64,000 nucleotides of DNA, taken from assembly GCA_964234715.1 (NCBI GenBank), contig OZ174278.1. The stretch is one strand, 5' to 3'. The notes beneath the pieces were generated by a model, which was not told the DNA's origin, searched no databases, and worked only from the letters and a program-made list of their open reading frames with translations. Position numbers and translations under genes: made by a program. Positions within the stretch are counted from its first letter, which is position 1; every line of letters starts with the position of its first letter. Below are positions 1-13,244 of the stretch, in pieces. Source of the stretch: Podarcis melisellensis (taxonomy: Eukaryota).

Positions 1-1460
1 TGTGAGAACAAGATGCTGGACTAGATGGGTCTTTGATCTTATCCTGCAGGGCTCTTTTTCTGTTATTAAAATGACTAGGGAGTTACATTTCTATATCTGT
101 TAGAAGATCACCAAATGTTTATGATTACGTTTTCGTATCTTAAACTTACATAACACATCATGTACCAGAAAGAAGTCCCAAAGTGATTTACAAGACAATA
201 AAATACAGAAATACAATTGAAATCCATTAAAACTGTGCAATACAAAACTGGTTTACTGCAGAGAAAGCCTCTGTAAATGAATATCCAGATGGGTTGACTT
301 AGCTATGTAAAAATAAGCATGAGAGCAAGACCTCAAAATCAGCATGTTTTTACAAACACCTGCAGTGTCTTATATAAACCCTGACACAGAATCATTTTCA
401 AAGAAATCAGTGAAACTGATTCAGGTCAGTGCTTGGTTTCTTTTGTTTGTTTTAAAAGTATTTTAGTTGCTGATCTGATATTTCTGAAAACAAATATAAT
501 TCAATGTGGCAGTTGGCATCTTTTTTTTTAATAAATCACATATTCCGGATTACAAGGAGTTAGGAGTCCCAAAAGCCTCAATATAATTTTGAAGTACTTC
601 CAAGTAGCCAGCAAAGGACAGATGAGGGCACAGACCTTAATGAATTCCTACAAATACGTAACCAGAGTTTTAAAAATATAAACTATTGGGGGTTATTCCA
701 AGACAAATCACAAGCTCTGGGGAACTCTGGAGTTAAGGGAAAGTTCAGCTAAATCAATGCACTGCAAGACCCATTCAGACAAATTGGACCAATATAATTT
801 CAGAGTTCAAACCTTGCAGCTTGACATTGCTCTCCATTCTTCTTGACAGGGCAAAGCACTATAGCCCTTCACTTTTATTAATCACTATGTATTTGTGTTT
901 TAAATACTATTTGCTGTGCCTAACTATTTAAACCAAGGACTATCTCCCCAAAAGCAATGGCTGGGTTGACTGCATTCTTTTTAACAATGTGGTCCTTGTT
1001 TTATCAAACCACCAATATTCAGACTTTTGCTAGTTTACCTCTCAAGAAATTCAACAGAGGAATGTAATCATAAGTCAGTTGGTCATCTCATCTACTGAAA
1101 CCTCAAGTGATTTTTCAAAGTCTGTGGGTTTTAAACAATATTGTATCATGGACATTTTGTTTATTTTCTGTAAACCCACACATAGCTTTGTTGCGGTCCA
1201 CAGACCCAAAATATACATACAACAATAATAAATATCAACAGTTATTAAGGTGTAAAATCAGCCATGCTAGGAGCTTTCGCCTGTACATACAAATTTCTGA
1301 TTTTCACTGCCTCTGAGAGGAATTTTGCTACAGCCAGTGTAATAGTATCAAATTTTAGACTTATTTTTTGATTAAGTGATCTAAACAACTTGCTAAATAA
1401 ATAAGCAAATAATATGGCTGAACAAGATAGGCAATTATTTTCTACATTCATCTGTAGTAG

Positions 1461-1605
1461 AATCATGGAATCATAGAAGTGTAGAGTTGGCATGGAACAT
1501 AAGGGTCATCTAGTCTACCTCTGGCAATGGAGGTATCTTTTTCCCCCAGCATGAGGTATCAACCCATGACCCTGAGATGAAGAGCCTCATGTTCTACTGA
1601 CTGTG
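1461..1605 (-). mobile_element. tRNA-Lys-derived SINE, reverse orientation
   Basis: Reverse-complement match to the 5468 copy (AACCCATGACCCTGAGATGAAGAGCCTCATGTTCTACTGACT). Confidence 0.7.
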
Positions 1606-3639
1606 TCTCTGTCAGTCTCCAAGTAAAACCACAATCCTCCAGCTAAATGTGTTTTAATCTAGTGATGTGTATGTGAAAAGAGCCATACCTATATTAAAAC
1701 AACCTTGGCTAGGGGTGGGGGAAAGGTTGTTCTCTTCTCGGATCTGCTTTTTCTTATTCAGAACTTTCCAAGACGGTCCATCCAAGATGGTCCTGTCTCA
1801 AACAGCAATTGTCTAACCTTAAGCTCTCAGAGCCTGGTCAGCAGGTTTGACAAAAACTTCAAATAGTCCTTTGGCTCCGTCAACCCTCTCCTGTCCCAAC
1901 CTCATTAGTCTACAACAATATCAAATGTAGACCCAGATGTGTATTTGCATCAGCTTCTGCACACAGAGGTGGTCTGCATGCACTGGTAAGCCAAACCATG
2001 ACTTCGTGCATATGGACAAGCATGGCAGATTCTGGAGAGAAGATTGTGGCTGCTGGTTTGGTTTCAGTCCTGCTGCTGTGAGCTAAGCTATGGTTCAGCT
2101 TAACATGTTGTCTGAACCCAAGCTCATGGTCTGTCTCCTCCAGACAAACCATGAGCTGTAGAGCCAAGGATGAACCTTGGTTAAAGCTCATGTCAGCTTA
2201 AGAGTAAATTTTGCTGAATCCGGGTAACAACATAAAATGGTTGCAATGGGATTTGCTCAGAACCTTTTCTTGATTTCACAAAGATTACTAGCACTGTATA
2301 TTTGTATGTGATAGAGATCCTTATGTGTTAGCTATCTTTTCCTACAAAAAGCATTAAATAAGATTTCTTATTAACTGGCAAAAACAGCAGTGAGACAGCT
2401 CAGTGGACCACCTGAGAGCCTTTTTCAGAGAAGAAAGTATGATTAATAACTCATGTCTTATATTTTGATAAGGCTTCAAGAAATATGCCATCTGAGGCAG
2501 CCAGTTTGGATTCAGGCAATACCTCCTACAAAGCATCTTGAACATCATCAGGGTCTTGTGGAACAACATTTTGATTAGCTAAGTGAAAATGAATCACAAG
2601 TGTTGGCATACAGTAATGCTACAGTTTTTATTCAAGGAATGATCAATTGGTTGCAGAGTTGATGAAACATTAAAGCAGGAAGATCAATGGAAGACATTAT
2701 ATCCTTATAAGACTCTGAGATCCTCTGCTCAAGGCCTTAAAGGTTCCACCATCCTCATCAGACACGGATCATAATTACAGAGATATGGTAATTGGGGACA
2801 TTAAATCAAGCACACAAGCGAGATCTGCTGTCACAGCAGGAACTCCTTCACTGAGAGCTGGCAAATATTTTCTCTCTCTCCCACTATTGGCACAGCAGGA
2901 TCATCAGCCAGCCACTCGCACAGTGGCTGGCCCCATTTTCAATCTGTTGTAGCTACACCCTGTTGAAGTAATTCAGTTAATTGCAGGCATCAATCTTCAG
3001 AGAAATCTTTTGCTCTGCTTGTTGTAAGAGATATAAGGAAGACAATGAAACAATGTAGCAGCACACACAAGACTCTGGAAATTGAGCCAGAAGTCCGCAC
3101 TGGGGAGGAAAAATCTTCCATAATAGTTTAGGCGTTTTAAAAATGCCTTAGAGTTCAATCCTAGGCATGTTGATTGCTTACAAGGGCTTTACCACCAATG
3201 CAAGGTTTCTGTGCTGAGGATGAACCTATATAAGCAAGACATCAATTTATGAATGTAACAAATGTTCTTTATTTACAGTGCTTTTACATAACATGCAATT
3301 CACTCCCACAAATTCTCTATTATTCTCCCTGCCCTGCAGATTCGTTTAACTTCCTTCCTCATTGCACTTAACAGCTGCAGCTCAGTGTGTGTCTTCCAAG
3401 CAGCACAGAAGCAAACAAACAGAAAGCAAGAGCCCTCTGGTTCCAAGCCCTCTTCCAGTTTAAGATTTAAACTCTTAGTGATTAGGCAAAGTGATTAGAT
3501 GTTCCCAAGTGATGAAAGCCAAATCAGAGACTGGCTAACAGGAGATTGGCTCTGGGAATATCAATCTGGAACTAAGGTCTCAATTATGTATGCTAAATGA
3601 GATAGCAGTCGGAAGATGTTTAACATCTTGAACTGCTTT

Positions 3640-3815
3640 AGCATCTACATGGAACCACTAAGTGAGGTCCGCTAGAGGTTTGGACTGAGGTGTCACCAGT
3701 ATGTAGGTGACACACAACTCTATGTTCCATCTACTAATCTCAGGGAAGCAGCTGAAATCCTGAGCTAGTGTCTTGAGGCAGTTCTGGGATAAATGAGGGC
3801 AAATAGATTAGACTG
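3640..3815 (+). mobile_element. Degenerate L2/CR1-clade reverse-transcriptase fragment
   Basis: CAGTATGTAGGTGACACACAACTCTAT reads QYVGDTQLY, a decayed QYADDTQLY catalytic motif. Confidence 0.55.
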
Positions 3816-4173
3816 GAAAAGCCTGCTAATCTGGATTGGTTTCTTTCAAGTGGAATTTAAAGGCATTTAGGTATGTTTCTGGCCTGTCCTTCTGCTCTTC
3901 TTTTTAGTGAGGAGAGTTGAGTTGGGTCTGCCCTTTTATATACATTTTATGGATGAGGATTGGTGGTTCTTCTTTTATTCATGCTTTTATTTGGGATTTT
4001 AGTCTTTATTTTTGCATTGTGCATTGCTCTGAGCCACTTCTGTGAATAAAGCAAATGGTGATAGCGGTTGTTCTTTTCTTTTTTTAAGATAATACAGGTT
4101 TGATATATTGTAGATCCTGCTATTTGGTTTTTAAGAATTGTTTTCAACTTAATTGTTTTTAATTGGTGTTCTA

Positions 4174-4223
<50 letters not shown>
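4174..4223. repeat. (TAT)n microsatellite
   Basis: About 16 perfect units next to an L2 tail fragment. Confidence 0.95.
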
Positions 4224-4225
<2 letters not shown>

Positions 4226-4559
4226 ACCCCGTCCATCTGGCTGAGTTTCCTCAGCCACTCTGGGTGACTGTATGTGTTTTAAGCCACATTGTGAAGGTTC
4301 TGTCAAGGTGAACTATAAATATATAAAATAAAATCACCACCACACAATCAGCCTGGTGACATATAACCTCATATGCACAACCTCATAATACCTAGTAACC
4401 CACTGGACATTCCAAGAGCAGATAGAATCAATGGTTAGATGGTGGCTTTTTTCTTAAAGTAAGTTGGAATAATTATATCCACTGATAAAGAGAAAGAATA
4501 GATAAAATGAATAAGGGCCAACAGTACAATATGACAGTGGTTTGCCTTAATAGTAATAT

Positions 4560-5110
4560 CACATGTTAAAAACAAACAAACAAGGGAGATAATTATTCTG
4601 CTGTATTTGGCAATGAGCCTATACAGCTTGGAATGGACTTTGGCTTTTTGTATTTGACTTGGCACCAGCAGGCCTCATTTGGAGAGCTGCATGCCATGTG
4701 GGGCACCACATTTTAGAGGAGAGAGAGAAAAGCTGAAGAGAGTTCAGATGAGAGCAACAGAAATGATGATGGAGTCAGTAAATAACAGCTCTGAAGGAAG
4801 CTTAAGGGTCTGGAGCCCCATCATTCAAAGGGGAAAGAAGACAGAAGGGAGGCATTATCGTCTTCAAATATGCAAAGTGCTGTTACACTAAAGACACGGG
4901 CCAATTATTCTCATTAGTGCACAAGCACTAAGCAAGTTGTAATGGCCTTAAGATGCAACAAGGAAAATGTTTCATTTTATTAGGAGAAAAATTTGAGAAC
5001 TGTCAGAAACAGGAAGTACTGAAGCCGTTCAGCACCCAACTCTCTTCTACTGGAGATACAGAAGAAGAAGGCTGTACAGGTCACACCCAAATATGTAGCT
5101 TTAGAACACT
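4560..5110 (+). mobile_element. Degenerate CR1 LINE 3' region
   Basis: Remnant APHF..EKLKRVQMRATEM (CR1 ORF2 WAPHF..LERVQRRATKM-like), followed by CR1-like 3' sequence. Confidence 0.6.
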
Positions 5111-5467
5111 GGGTGACTGTTCAATAAAAATGCTAGAACTTTGATTTCAACTTCAGTTTCCTTCCATGCTGTGATGGGCTCATCTCAGTTTGGAACAGGG
5201 TAGTCTTTCCCACTCTTTTTGGCACAAATCTTCAAAGAGAACCCAGAACTCACAATATCTTATCTGTGAGGCTGGGCCAGCACAACAGTCCTTTTGTTTC
5301 CCTCTTTCAAACCCAGGAAATTCATTGTGCCTCTGAGGCTGGCAGATGTAGATGAGGAGCTGTGCTTGATCTGGCAAGTCACAAGAAAGGTCTGCAAAGC
5401 TCAGAAAGATCAGTGGCTAAGTTTCAAGATGGGAAGGAGGTAAAATAGCATCCAAGGAGTTGTTTAT

Positions 5468-5606
5468 ATAGCTCAGTTGGTAGAACACAAGTCTCTTAAT
5501 CTCAGGGTTGTGGGTTTGGGCCCCATGTTGGACAGGATTCCTGCACTGCAGGAGGTTGAACTAGATAACCTTTGTGGTCCTTCCAGCTCTACAATTCTGA
5601 TTCTAT
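5468..5606 (+). mobile_element. tRNA-Lys(CTT)-derived SINE with CR1-like tail
   Basis: Head TAGCTCAGTTGGTAGAAC..CTCTTAATCTCAGGGTTGTGGGTT..GCCCCATGTTGG, then GGTTGAACTAGATAACC..CCTTCCAGCTCTACAATTCTGATTCTA. Confidence 0.75.
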
Positions 5607-7423
5607 AAGACGGGGTGGGAAACCTCCACCCCACGGGTCTAATAAAGCCCTCCAGGCATCTCCATCCAACCCTCAGAATTTTCTCCAGGCCACACCCCTC
5701 ACCAACCCTGCTCTGTTCTTTCCTCAAGCCCTCAGCTGGTGAGGTGAAGTTGCAGCAATAACCTTCTAGCAGTGGCATCACTGTCACTTCCTGGAATGGG
5801 CAAGGTAAGGGCTGTGCAGGCACACTAGTACAGCTAATACAGCACTCCCATTAGTGCACCCAGTATTCTTTGTGACCTTCCATGGAACCTGATTTACATG
5901 CAGCACTCATTTTGCAACCAACAGTTGCCTCAGGTGGTAAAATGTCTTCAGCCAGCCCTAAGCAGAGATGGGATACTTCCAGCATCTGTCACTGGGCCAA
6001 CCCGACTTGGGACCTATTAAGTTGAAAACAGTCCCCCTATGCCTGACAATCCTTGGTTTTTGTTTCAGACTTTCAGTCAAGTGCAGGATGTCAATCAAGC
6101 CCTTAGGACTGCTAGATTTATGTACTGTACTAGATTAGCACTGGAATTAATGTGACTTACTAGGTCTCAGCTTGTCTTCTGTATCAGGCCCAGCTGCCTG
6201 CTGATGGTGAGGAGTAAGCTGTGCACAGAGGTGGTCTAGGTTGCTAAAGACTGAAAGGAGGGCTTGCCCTTGTGAAGCAGTGGCCTCCTAACATAGGGTG
6301 CTAAGCTTGCAAGGCAGGGGGAATGGCTCCATGTTGGGTATTGTTGTTGGCAGGACTATGTACCTGTCCCAGACCTTCTGCTTATAAGATATTTTTTTTA
6401 ATGGAGGTCTTGAGAATTTATTCACAGGTGGAAATGCATACACACTGCACAGAGTAAGTGACTTGTCCATAAGGGCACAAGCAATCTTTTACATATTGGA
6501 GTCAATGGTAAATATTCCTTGCTTTGCTGGAAGGTGATTACTCCAGAAAAATATCTGGCATTGACTCTTTCAAAGCACTTTTTACATGAGATGGTAATAG
6601 TTCTAAGATCAACACATGGGCTGACAAAAGAACCAAGATGCCAGAATTCCTACTTCTCTGGGGTGGGGAGTGTGGAGAGAGAGAGAGGCCAGCTTCTCTT
6701 TGCAAGCACAAGATTATTAAAGCCAGCTTGGCAAAAAAGCAAACCCCAAGGAAAGGTGCCAAAGTTGGAGAGAACTGTGACGTTCTTTCGTAGCTATAGC
6801 AATAATTTTGCAAACGACTAATAATAAAGAGTCAATAATCAGAAAGATGTTCTCTGAAGTGAACACTACTAAATTACTTCAGGGAGGAAATCAATTATCT
6901 CCAAGGTAGCTGCAGCTCCCCAGCTCAATATCCAAATTTATGATAGCCACTGCAGCTACAGAATGCTGAAATTCAAAACCTTTCAGCAAGGAAGTCACCG
7001 CGGTTTCTCGGGAAAACTGACAACTCCCCTGCATTACAGAAATATTTTTGACAACACTCTTTACTATATTTTTTTTGTAACCTGCAACACTATTGACACA
7101 AAATTCACGTACAATGGCTAGATCAGCCATTCTCAACCTTTAATGCAGCATAGCCAATGTGGTTCCCCTCCAGCTGTGGTTGGACTGAAACTCTCATCAG
7201 GCCCAGCTAGCATACCTATTAGATATGGATGATGGAAGCTGGTAGTCCCACAAATATTTGGATGACACCATACTGACTACCCCTGCAGCATATTCACTGA
7301 ATGCTCCCTCCTTAAAACCACCAGTTAAAAAATTGAGAACAAAGAGCACTCCAGACAAAACAACTCATATATTTGCTATATATTTGACTATACAGTGTAT
7401 GTAGCAGTGAGAATGGCTACACA

Positions 7424-7424
<1 letters not shown>

Positions 7425-7453
<29 letters not shown>
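7425..7453. repeat. (AC)n microsatellite
   Basis: Read directly. Confidence 0.95.
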
Positions 7454-7455
<2 letters not shown>

Positions 7456-7636
7456 ACCTTTCTTCCATTATGGAGCCCAAGGCAGTGTACATGTGGTAGC
7501 CAGGCAGTCATTAACCAAGCTCAGACCTGCTTGGTAAGGTGGCAAGACCACAACCTGGGAGTCATCTACCATTTTTATAGAAATGATGCTTAAATAAGGT
7601 GACATATATTGGTGTTTATACTGGAAATGCATAAGT

Positions 7637-7640
<4 letters not shown>

Positions 7641-7688
<48 letters not shown>
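7641..7688. repeat. (AT)n microsatellite
   Basis: About 24 perfect units. Confidence 0.95.
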
Positions 7689-7691
<3 letters not shown>

Positions 7692-7852
7692 TTGCCCATC
7701 TCTACTATATTTTATAGACTCTTTCATGTACTAATCTGCTGGATATTGCCTCTTGCTTTCAGGATTACTAAACTATTATTCCAATGAACATTTCACTCCC
7801 TGGCTGTCCTCTTTCTTTATAATTGCAGTTAATGTGGAGCGCTTATGTACTA

Positions 7853-7883
7853 TATCAATTTAATATCTGATATGGCCTCTGTC
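7853..7883 (+). pseudogene. U2 snRNA-derived fragment
   Basis: TATCAATTTAATATCTGATATGGCCTCTGTC vs U2 TATCAGTTTAATATCTGATACGTCCTCTATC (27/31, U2 recalled from memory). Flanks do not match U2. Confidence 0.55.
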
Positions 7884-9074
7884 AAGGTATTACATCCTGC
7901 ACTTACTGGGTGATGGACTCTAGCCTAATAGGGCTTTTCTGTCTCTAACTACCCTGATTCAGTGTCCATTTTGCTATTCAAATGGAACAGTGTCTGCTGA
8001 GATGGAAAACTAGAAAGCAATACTTAGATGGAATAATTTAAATTTAACAGCAGTTTAAAAGCATTTGTTTTAAATTGCAATAATAACAGAGGGAAAACAC
8101 ATATGGAAAAGCTGATTCATTTGTGATGAATACATCATCCAGAAAGCCTAATCTTTTGCACAGACAGCATACAAATCAATTGCAATATCTTTGACCGTCT
8201 TTATGTTGTGGGTGTTTAGATTGGAATGAACATGCTAGGTATAGCTGTACATGTCACACTGAAAGAGGACTCCATGGCGGTCAAAGAAGAGGAAGAAACA
8301 GCGAGATCCAAAGTGGACTCATCTCAAAAAGAAATAGGGAAAGGAGTTAAGTACACATTGAATGCAAATACATGTGACTGAACTCCAACACCATTTTTAA
8401 AAATGAAAAGCCACTTCAGAAGAGTGGAGAAATGGAAGGGGGCAAAGGGGTAATCAACTTGTTCTCCATCTACAGATACTTTGTCCCAAACCACATCCTA
8501 AACCATAGCAGTGTGGACGGACAGACAGGTACCTGGGCTGCGTCTGCATTTTCTCCTAACAGCACATGAGCTAGTAGCAGTGGAAAGAGATAGATAATTT
8601 TGAACAGGCAAATGTGAGGACAGGAAAGATTTCCACTCATCTACCAGCTACATAGCTCAGTCTGATTTGGACTCATCACTTGGTGACTTCTTTTATCTTA
8701 AAGAAACAGTGTGTGCTAAATTTAAATGGTTTTTTTAAATTAAGTATTTTATTTAAAAATATATAAAAAAAATGATACAATAAAATTCATGGATTTATGT
8801 CAGCATCACAACCAGTTCTAGTGCATACATTGACATAAAAAGCCCAGTCAACTTGGGTCCCAAATATCTGAAGGAGCACCTCTTCCCATATAGAAATGCC
8901 CAACTGCTGACATCTGCATGGGACGTCCTGCTGACAGTTCTGTTGTCCTCTGTTCATGGGGCAGCAGTGCATGAAAGGGCCTTGCCTGTGGTGGCTCCTA
9001 GGTTGTGAAATGCCCTCTCCTCTGAGGTGCACCTGGCCATATAATTTTATTTTATACATTTCAGTGCCAGATCA

Positions 9075-9421
9075 AGCGTGGGTGGCGCTGTGGGTTAAAC
9101 CACTGAGCCTCTTGGGCTTGCCTATCAGAAGGTCGGCGGTTTGAATCCCTGCAACGGGGTGAGCTCTTGTTGCTCGGTCCCTGCTCCTGCCCACCTAGCA
9201 GTTCAAAAGCATGAAGTACAAGTAGATAAATAGGTACCGCTCCGGTGGGAAGGTAAACGGCATTTCTGTGCACTGCTCTGGTTCGCCAGAAGCAGCTTAG
9301 TCATGCTGGCCACATGACCCGGAAGCTGTACGCCGGCTCCCTCGGCCAGTAAAGTGAGATGAGCGCCGCAACCCTAGAGTCATCCGCAACTGGACCTAAC
9401 GGTCAGGGGTCCCTTTACCTT
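9075..9421 (+). mobile_element. Sauria SINE (lacertid type), full length
   Basis: tRNA-like head GGTGGCGCTGTGGGTTAAACC..GGTTTGAATCCC, typical body, tail CCTTTACCTT. Near-identical to three other copies in the window. Confidence 0.88.
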
Positions 9422-9732
9422 AGCGGTAGAAGATGAGATGAGACTATCCCTGCCATTTAATATTTATGTAGTACGTGGTTTAATTATATTGAGCTGTGTG
9501 TAACCCACAAGGCAAAGGGTGGGATATAAATGAAGTTGACTGCAGTGGGGGAAAGTAGCTGTTGATGAAAATGACTAAATTGGAGGGCAGAAAATGTCTG
9601 AGGGTAGGAACAGACCCAATGGGAAAATGCTAACGGAGTGTGGTGTCAAGAAACAGGACAAATGTGACTCATTTAGGGAAACTGTATGAATTGCTGATAA
9701 ACTGTAGCAGTTGGATGGCAACAATCAAAATA

Positions 9733-9961
9733 CAGTCATACCTCATGTTACATCTGCTTCATGTTACGTTTTTTCAGGTTGCATCCTGCGGCGACCCAGA
9801 AGTACCAGAAAGGGTTACTTCCGGGTTTTGCCGCTTGCGCATGCACGGTAGCACTAAATCACGCCACGCACACACGCAGATATGGCGCTTCAGGTTGCAG
9901 GCTTTTCACGTTGCGAACAGGACTCTGGAATGGATCCTGTTCGCAACCCGAGGTACCACTG
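9733..9961. mobile_element. Tc1/mariner-type MITE, family A
   Basis: Flanked by TA on both sides; TIRs CAGTCATACCTC / GAGGTACCACTG; similar to the 29853 and 39400 copies. Confidence 0.8.
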
Positions 9962-10139
9962 TATAGTAGAAATGATAGACTGGCCAAAATTTGGCCAATC
10001 ACATGTTTGTCCTGGCATTTATTAAGAAGGCAGCTTGAAGAGTAAAAGTCCAGGTGTAAAAGAGTTTCAGAGACAGGAGGACTATAGGACAGGGCAGTAA
10101 GGGAGCTTTACATTATAGAACTAGGTTTCCTATACATGC

Positions 10140-10585
10140 CTATAGTTAAAGCTTTAGTGTTCCCAGTAGTGATGTATGGAAGTGAGAGCTGGACCATAAA
10201 GAAGGCTGATCGCCGAAGAATTGAAGCTTTTGAATTATGGTGCTGGAGGAGACTCTTGAGAGTCCCATGGACTGCAAGAAGATCAAACCTATCCATTCTT
10301 AAGGAAATCAGTCCTCACTGGAAGGACAGATCCTGAAGCTGAGGCTCTAATACTTTGGCCACCTCATGAGAAGAGAAGACTCCCTGGAAAAGACCCTGAT
10401 GTTGGGAAAGATGGAGGGCACAAGGAGAAGGGGACGACAGAGGACGAGATGGTTGGACAGTGTTCTCGAAGCTACCAGCATGAGTTTGACCAAACTGCGG
10501 GAGGCAGTGGAAGACAGGAGTGCCTGGCGTGCTCTGGTCCATGGGGTCACGAAGAGTCGGACATGACTAAACGACTAAACAACAA
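10140..10585 (+). mobile_element. BovB/RTE LINE, 5'-truncated 3' end
   Basis: Translates IVKALVFPVVMYGSESWTIKKADRRRIEAFELWCWRRLLRVPWTARRSN and MRREDSLEKTLMLGKMEGTRRRGRQRTRWLD. Contains a frameshift and a stop; tail GACTAAACGACTAAACAACAA. Confidence 0.92.
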
Positions 10586-12078
10586 ATTAGGGAATTGGAA
10601 ACTGCAGCTGATAAACTCTGTAAAAATTTCAGTAAGTGTAAGTTCCCTTAATGCATAGTTATTCAGAGGCATAGCGGAAGATCTCTCTAACACACACAGA
10701 CACACACTAAATGGCATATACAATAAACCAAGAATTGGTACAGAGGACATAGTAATGGCAAGTTACATAAAGAGCTAAGATGCAACCCAATGGGCCTATA
10801 AACTCCAGCCAGGCAGAACAAAGCTAGAGAGCCTTGCTGGATATTTTTATTGTTCTGCAGTTTGTGCAGTAAAGAGTTGCTTCTATTTTTACAGCTAGAT
10901 CATGTTCAAGAGAGGTGCACAGCCTCTCTGCAAGGAATGCAGGTTTACAGTATCTGCTTTCAACAAACTTTTTCTCCAGGCAAAACAGACACTTGCTACT
11001 CACATGACAGCATACGGGGGAGTGATGCTGAGAAAATGAGACAAGTTGTGGGTAACATTTTTGCTTTTCTTGTAAGAATAATCTGACTAATGTCGGAATG
11101 ATTCCATCAGTATTGTCAGAAATAGCTCTAAGAACCCTCCAGGTATGTTGAAAGTCTTAGCAGAGGCTACAGCTAAAGCAAACTGGATGCCAAATGACTA
11201 GAGATTTCTGGAAAGATATAAAGCAATAGCACTAAGGACCTTGACTTATGCTGATGAGTTGGAAGTTTTCACTTTACTAATTACAATGAGGTCTACTGGA
11301 GCTGGACTTTCTGCACCTTCACAAATTGTCTTACACAGTGTCTAATAGTTTCTACGTGACCATACCTAGAGAATGATAAAAAATTGATTGGTTTTTTAAC
11401 AATTCCAACGGGGCATTATCCCTTATTAATCATTATCTCACTATGCATTGATTAACTATATCCTACTGTAAAATAATGATGGATGTTCACATACTAATGA
11501 CACCTCTCACCTCTGCCTGAAAGTCACAGAGGTTGTGATTCTGAGCCACAGGCAAAGAACTTTTCTGTTGCTTAAACTCTGTACAGTGCCTAGAATAAAC
11601 ATTAAGCAGCAAACAATAAATAAAATGAAGGCTGAACATAATGAAACATGTTGTCTCTAAACTATGCCAAAGGCACAGCTATTCCTGTATATTATGATGT
11701 TTGTTAAGAGTAGCTGCAACTTCTAATAGACAGGATAGTTTGCTGTTCAATAGTAACTCTGTCCTAGCATTAAAAATAGCCGAATTCTATTTCCACCAAC
11801 ATTAGGCACAATATTAACCACCTGAAAGCTTATGAACGCAATCCAGAGATGGTTTCACATGCCTAACTTCTCCCCGCCACCCGGTGTGGTACTAGTTGCC
11901 TACTTTAGAGAACAATGACAATCCCACCCAATTAATGCTCACAGGATTTGAACATAAATATGGCTATTTGTAAATAACCCACTACGTTTATGCCCATAGC
12001 CCTTCTGGCTTTGTACCTGTTTTTTGTTAAGTGGGAATACAGCTACAACAACTCTGGTTCCTTGCCTGGAACCTAGTA

Positions 12079-12320
12079 CAATGATACCTCGGGTTACATA
12101 CACTTCAGGTTACATACGCTTCAGGTTACAGACTCTGCTAATCCAGAAATAGTGCTTCAGGTTAAGAACTTTGCTTCAGGATGAGAACAGAAATCGTGCT
12201 CCAGCGGCATGGCAGCAGCAGGAGGCCCCATTAGCTAAAGTGGTAATTCAGGTTAAGAACAGTTTCAGGTTAGGTACAGACCTCCGGAACGAATTAAGTA
12301 CTTAACCTGAGGTACCACTC
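12079..12320. mobile_element. Tc1/mariner-type MITE, family B
   Basis: TA flanks, TIR-like ends and repeated CTTCAGGTTA units. Reverse-complement match to the 60439 copy. Confidence 0.8.
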
Positions 12321-12381
12321 TATCTGCCAAGAAGAAAATTCAGTATGAACCAACAAGGGAGGGACATTGACTTGTATAGTA

Positions 12382-12382
<1 letters not shown>

Positions 12383-12432
<50 letters not shown>
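12383..12432. repeat. (TAT)n microsatellite
   Basis: Read directly. Confidence 0.95.
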
Positions 12433-12433
<1 letters not shown>

Positions 12434-12894
12434 CTTTCCTTCATCCATAGATCTTAGGGCGATTCACAACCGGTTCACAGGGCAGTTATTTGGGAAATGA
12501 AGTGGTACGTAGTTGTCACATGTCAGTAGTGGGTGGGCAAGAGGTAAAAATGTATAGAACAATGAACACAACTCTTAACTTTGTATAGCAGTCAAAGTTC
12601 CAACCATGCAAAAAGAAGTTTCTACACATCACCATCCACCTCCATCCTCTCAACCAAAGATGCAGTAACAGTTTTTAGGTAAAAGCAGCCAGGTAAAAGC
12701 AGTCACAGAGGGCATGGGCACATGGCCTGGGCAGAGTCCCAAGAGAGGGGCCTGGAGGACCATATTTAGACCCTAGGCCTGAAGTTCCCCACTCAGTTTA
12801 AAGAGACATGTGTGCACGTAGAGCTATTGCCATGACTGTCAAAAGACTTCTAAGTTGTTGTCTTTTAATGGTATCTGACACTTAAATGAGAGAG

Positions 12895-13244
12895 AGATGC
12901 AGGTGGTGCTGTGGGTTAAACCACAGAGCCTAGGGCTTGCCAATCAGAAGGTTGGCGGTTCGAATCCCCGCAACGGGGTGAGCTCCCGTTGTTCGGTCCC
13001 ACCTCCTGCCCACCTAGCAGTTCGAAAGCACACCAGTGCAAGTAGATAAATAGGTACCACTCTGGTAGGAAGGTAAACAGCATTTCCGTGCGCTGCTCTG
13101 GTTCGCCAGAAGTGGCTTAGTCATGCTGGCCACATGACCTGGAAGCTGTACGCCGGCTCCCTTGGCCAATAAAGTGAGATGAGCGCCGTAACCCCAGAGT
13201 CGTCCATGACTGGACCTAATGGTCAGGGGTCCCTTTATCTTTTA
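12895..13244 (+). mobile_element. Sauria SINE, full length
   Basis: Colinear with the 9075 copy; B-box GGTTCGAATCC. Confidence 0.88.

Noticed and set aside
3947-4306. Poly-Asn ORFs (also 42835-43140)
   Set aside because: Translation of (AAT)n microsatellites at LINE tails.
5468-5535. Functional tRNA-Lys gene
   Set aside because: Acceptor stem and T-arm are degraded, and the sequence continues into a repeat tail seen in other copies, so it is a SINE.
8274-8381. Small ORF MAVKEEEETARSKVDSSQKEIG.. with good Kozak context and a nearby 10-bp inverted repeat
   Set aside because: Only 35 codons, with no promoter, splice or homology support.
12079-12320. Repeated CTTCAGGTTA units as a CRISPR-like array
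   Set aside because: These are short internal repeats of a TA-flanked MITE in a vertebrate genome, with no spacer structure or cas genes.
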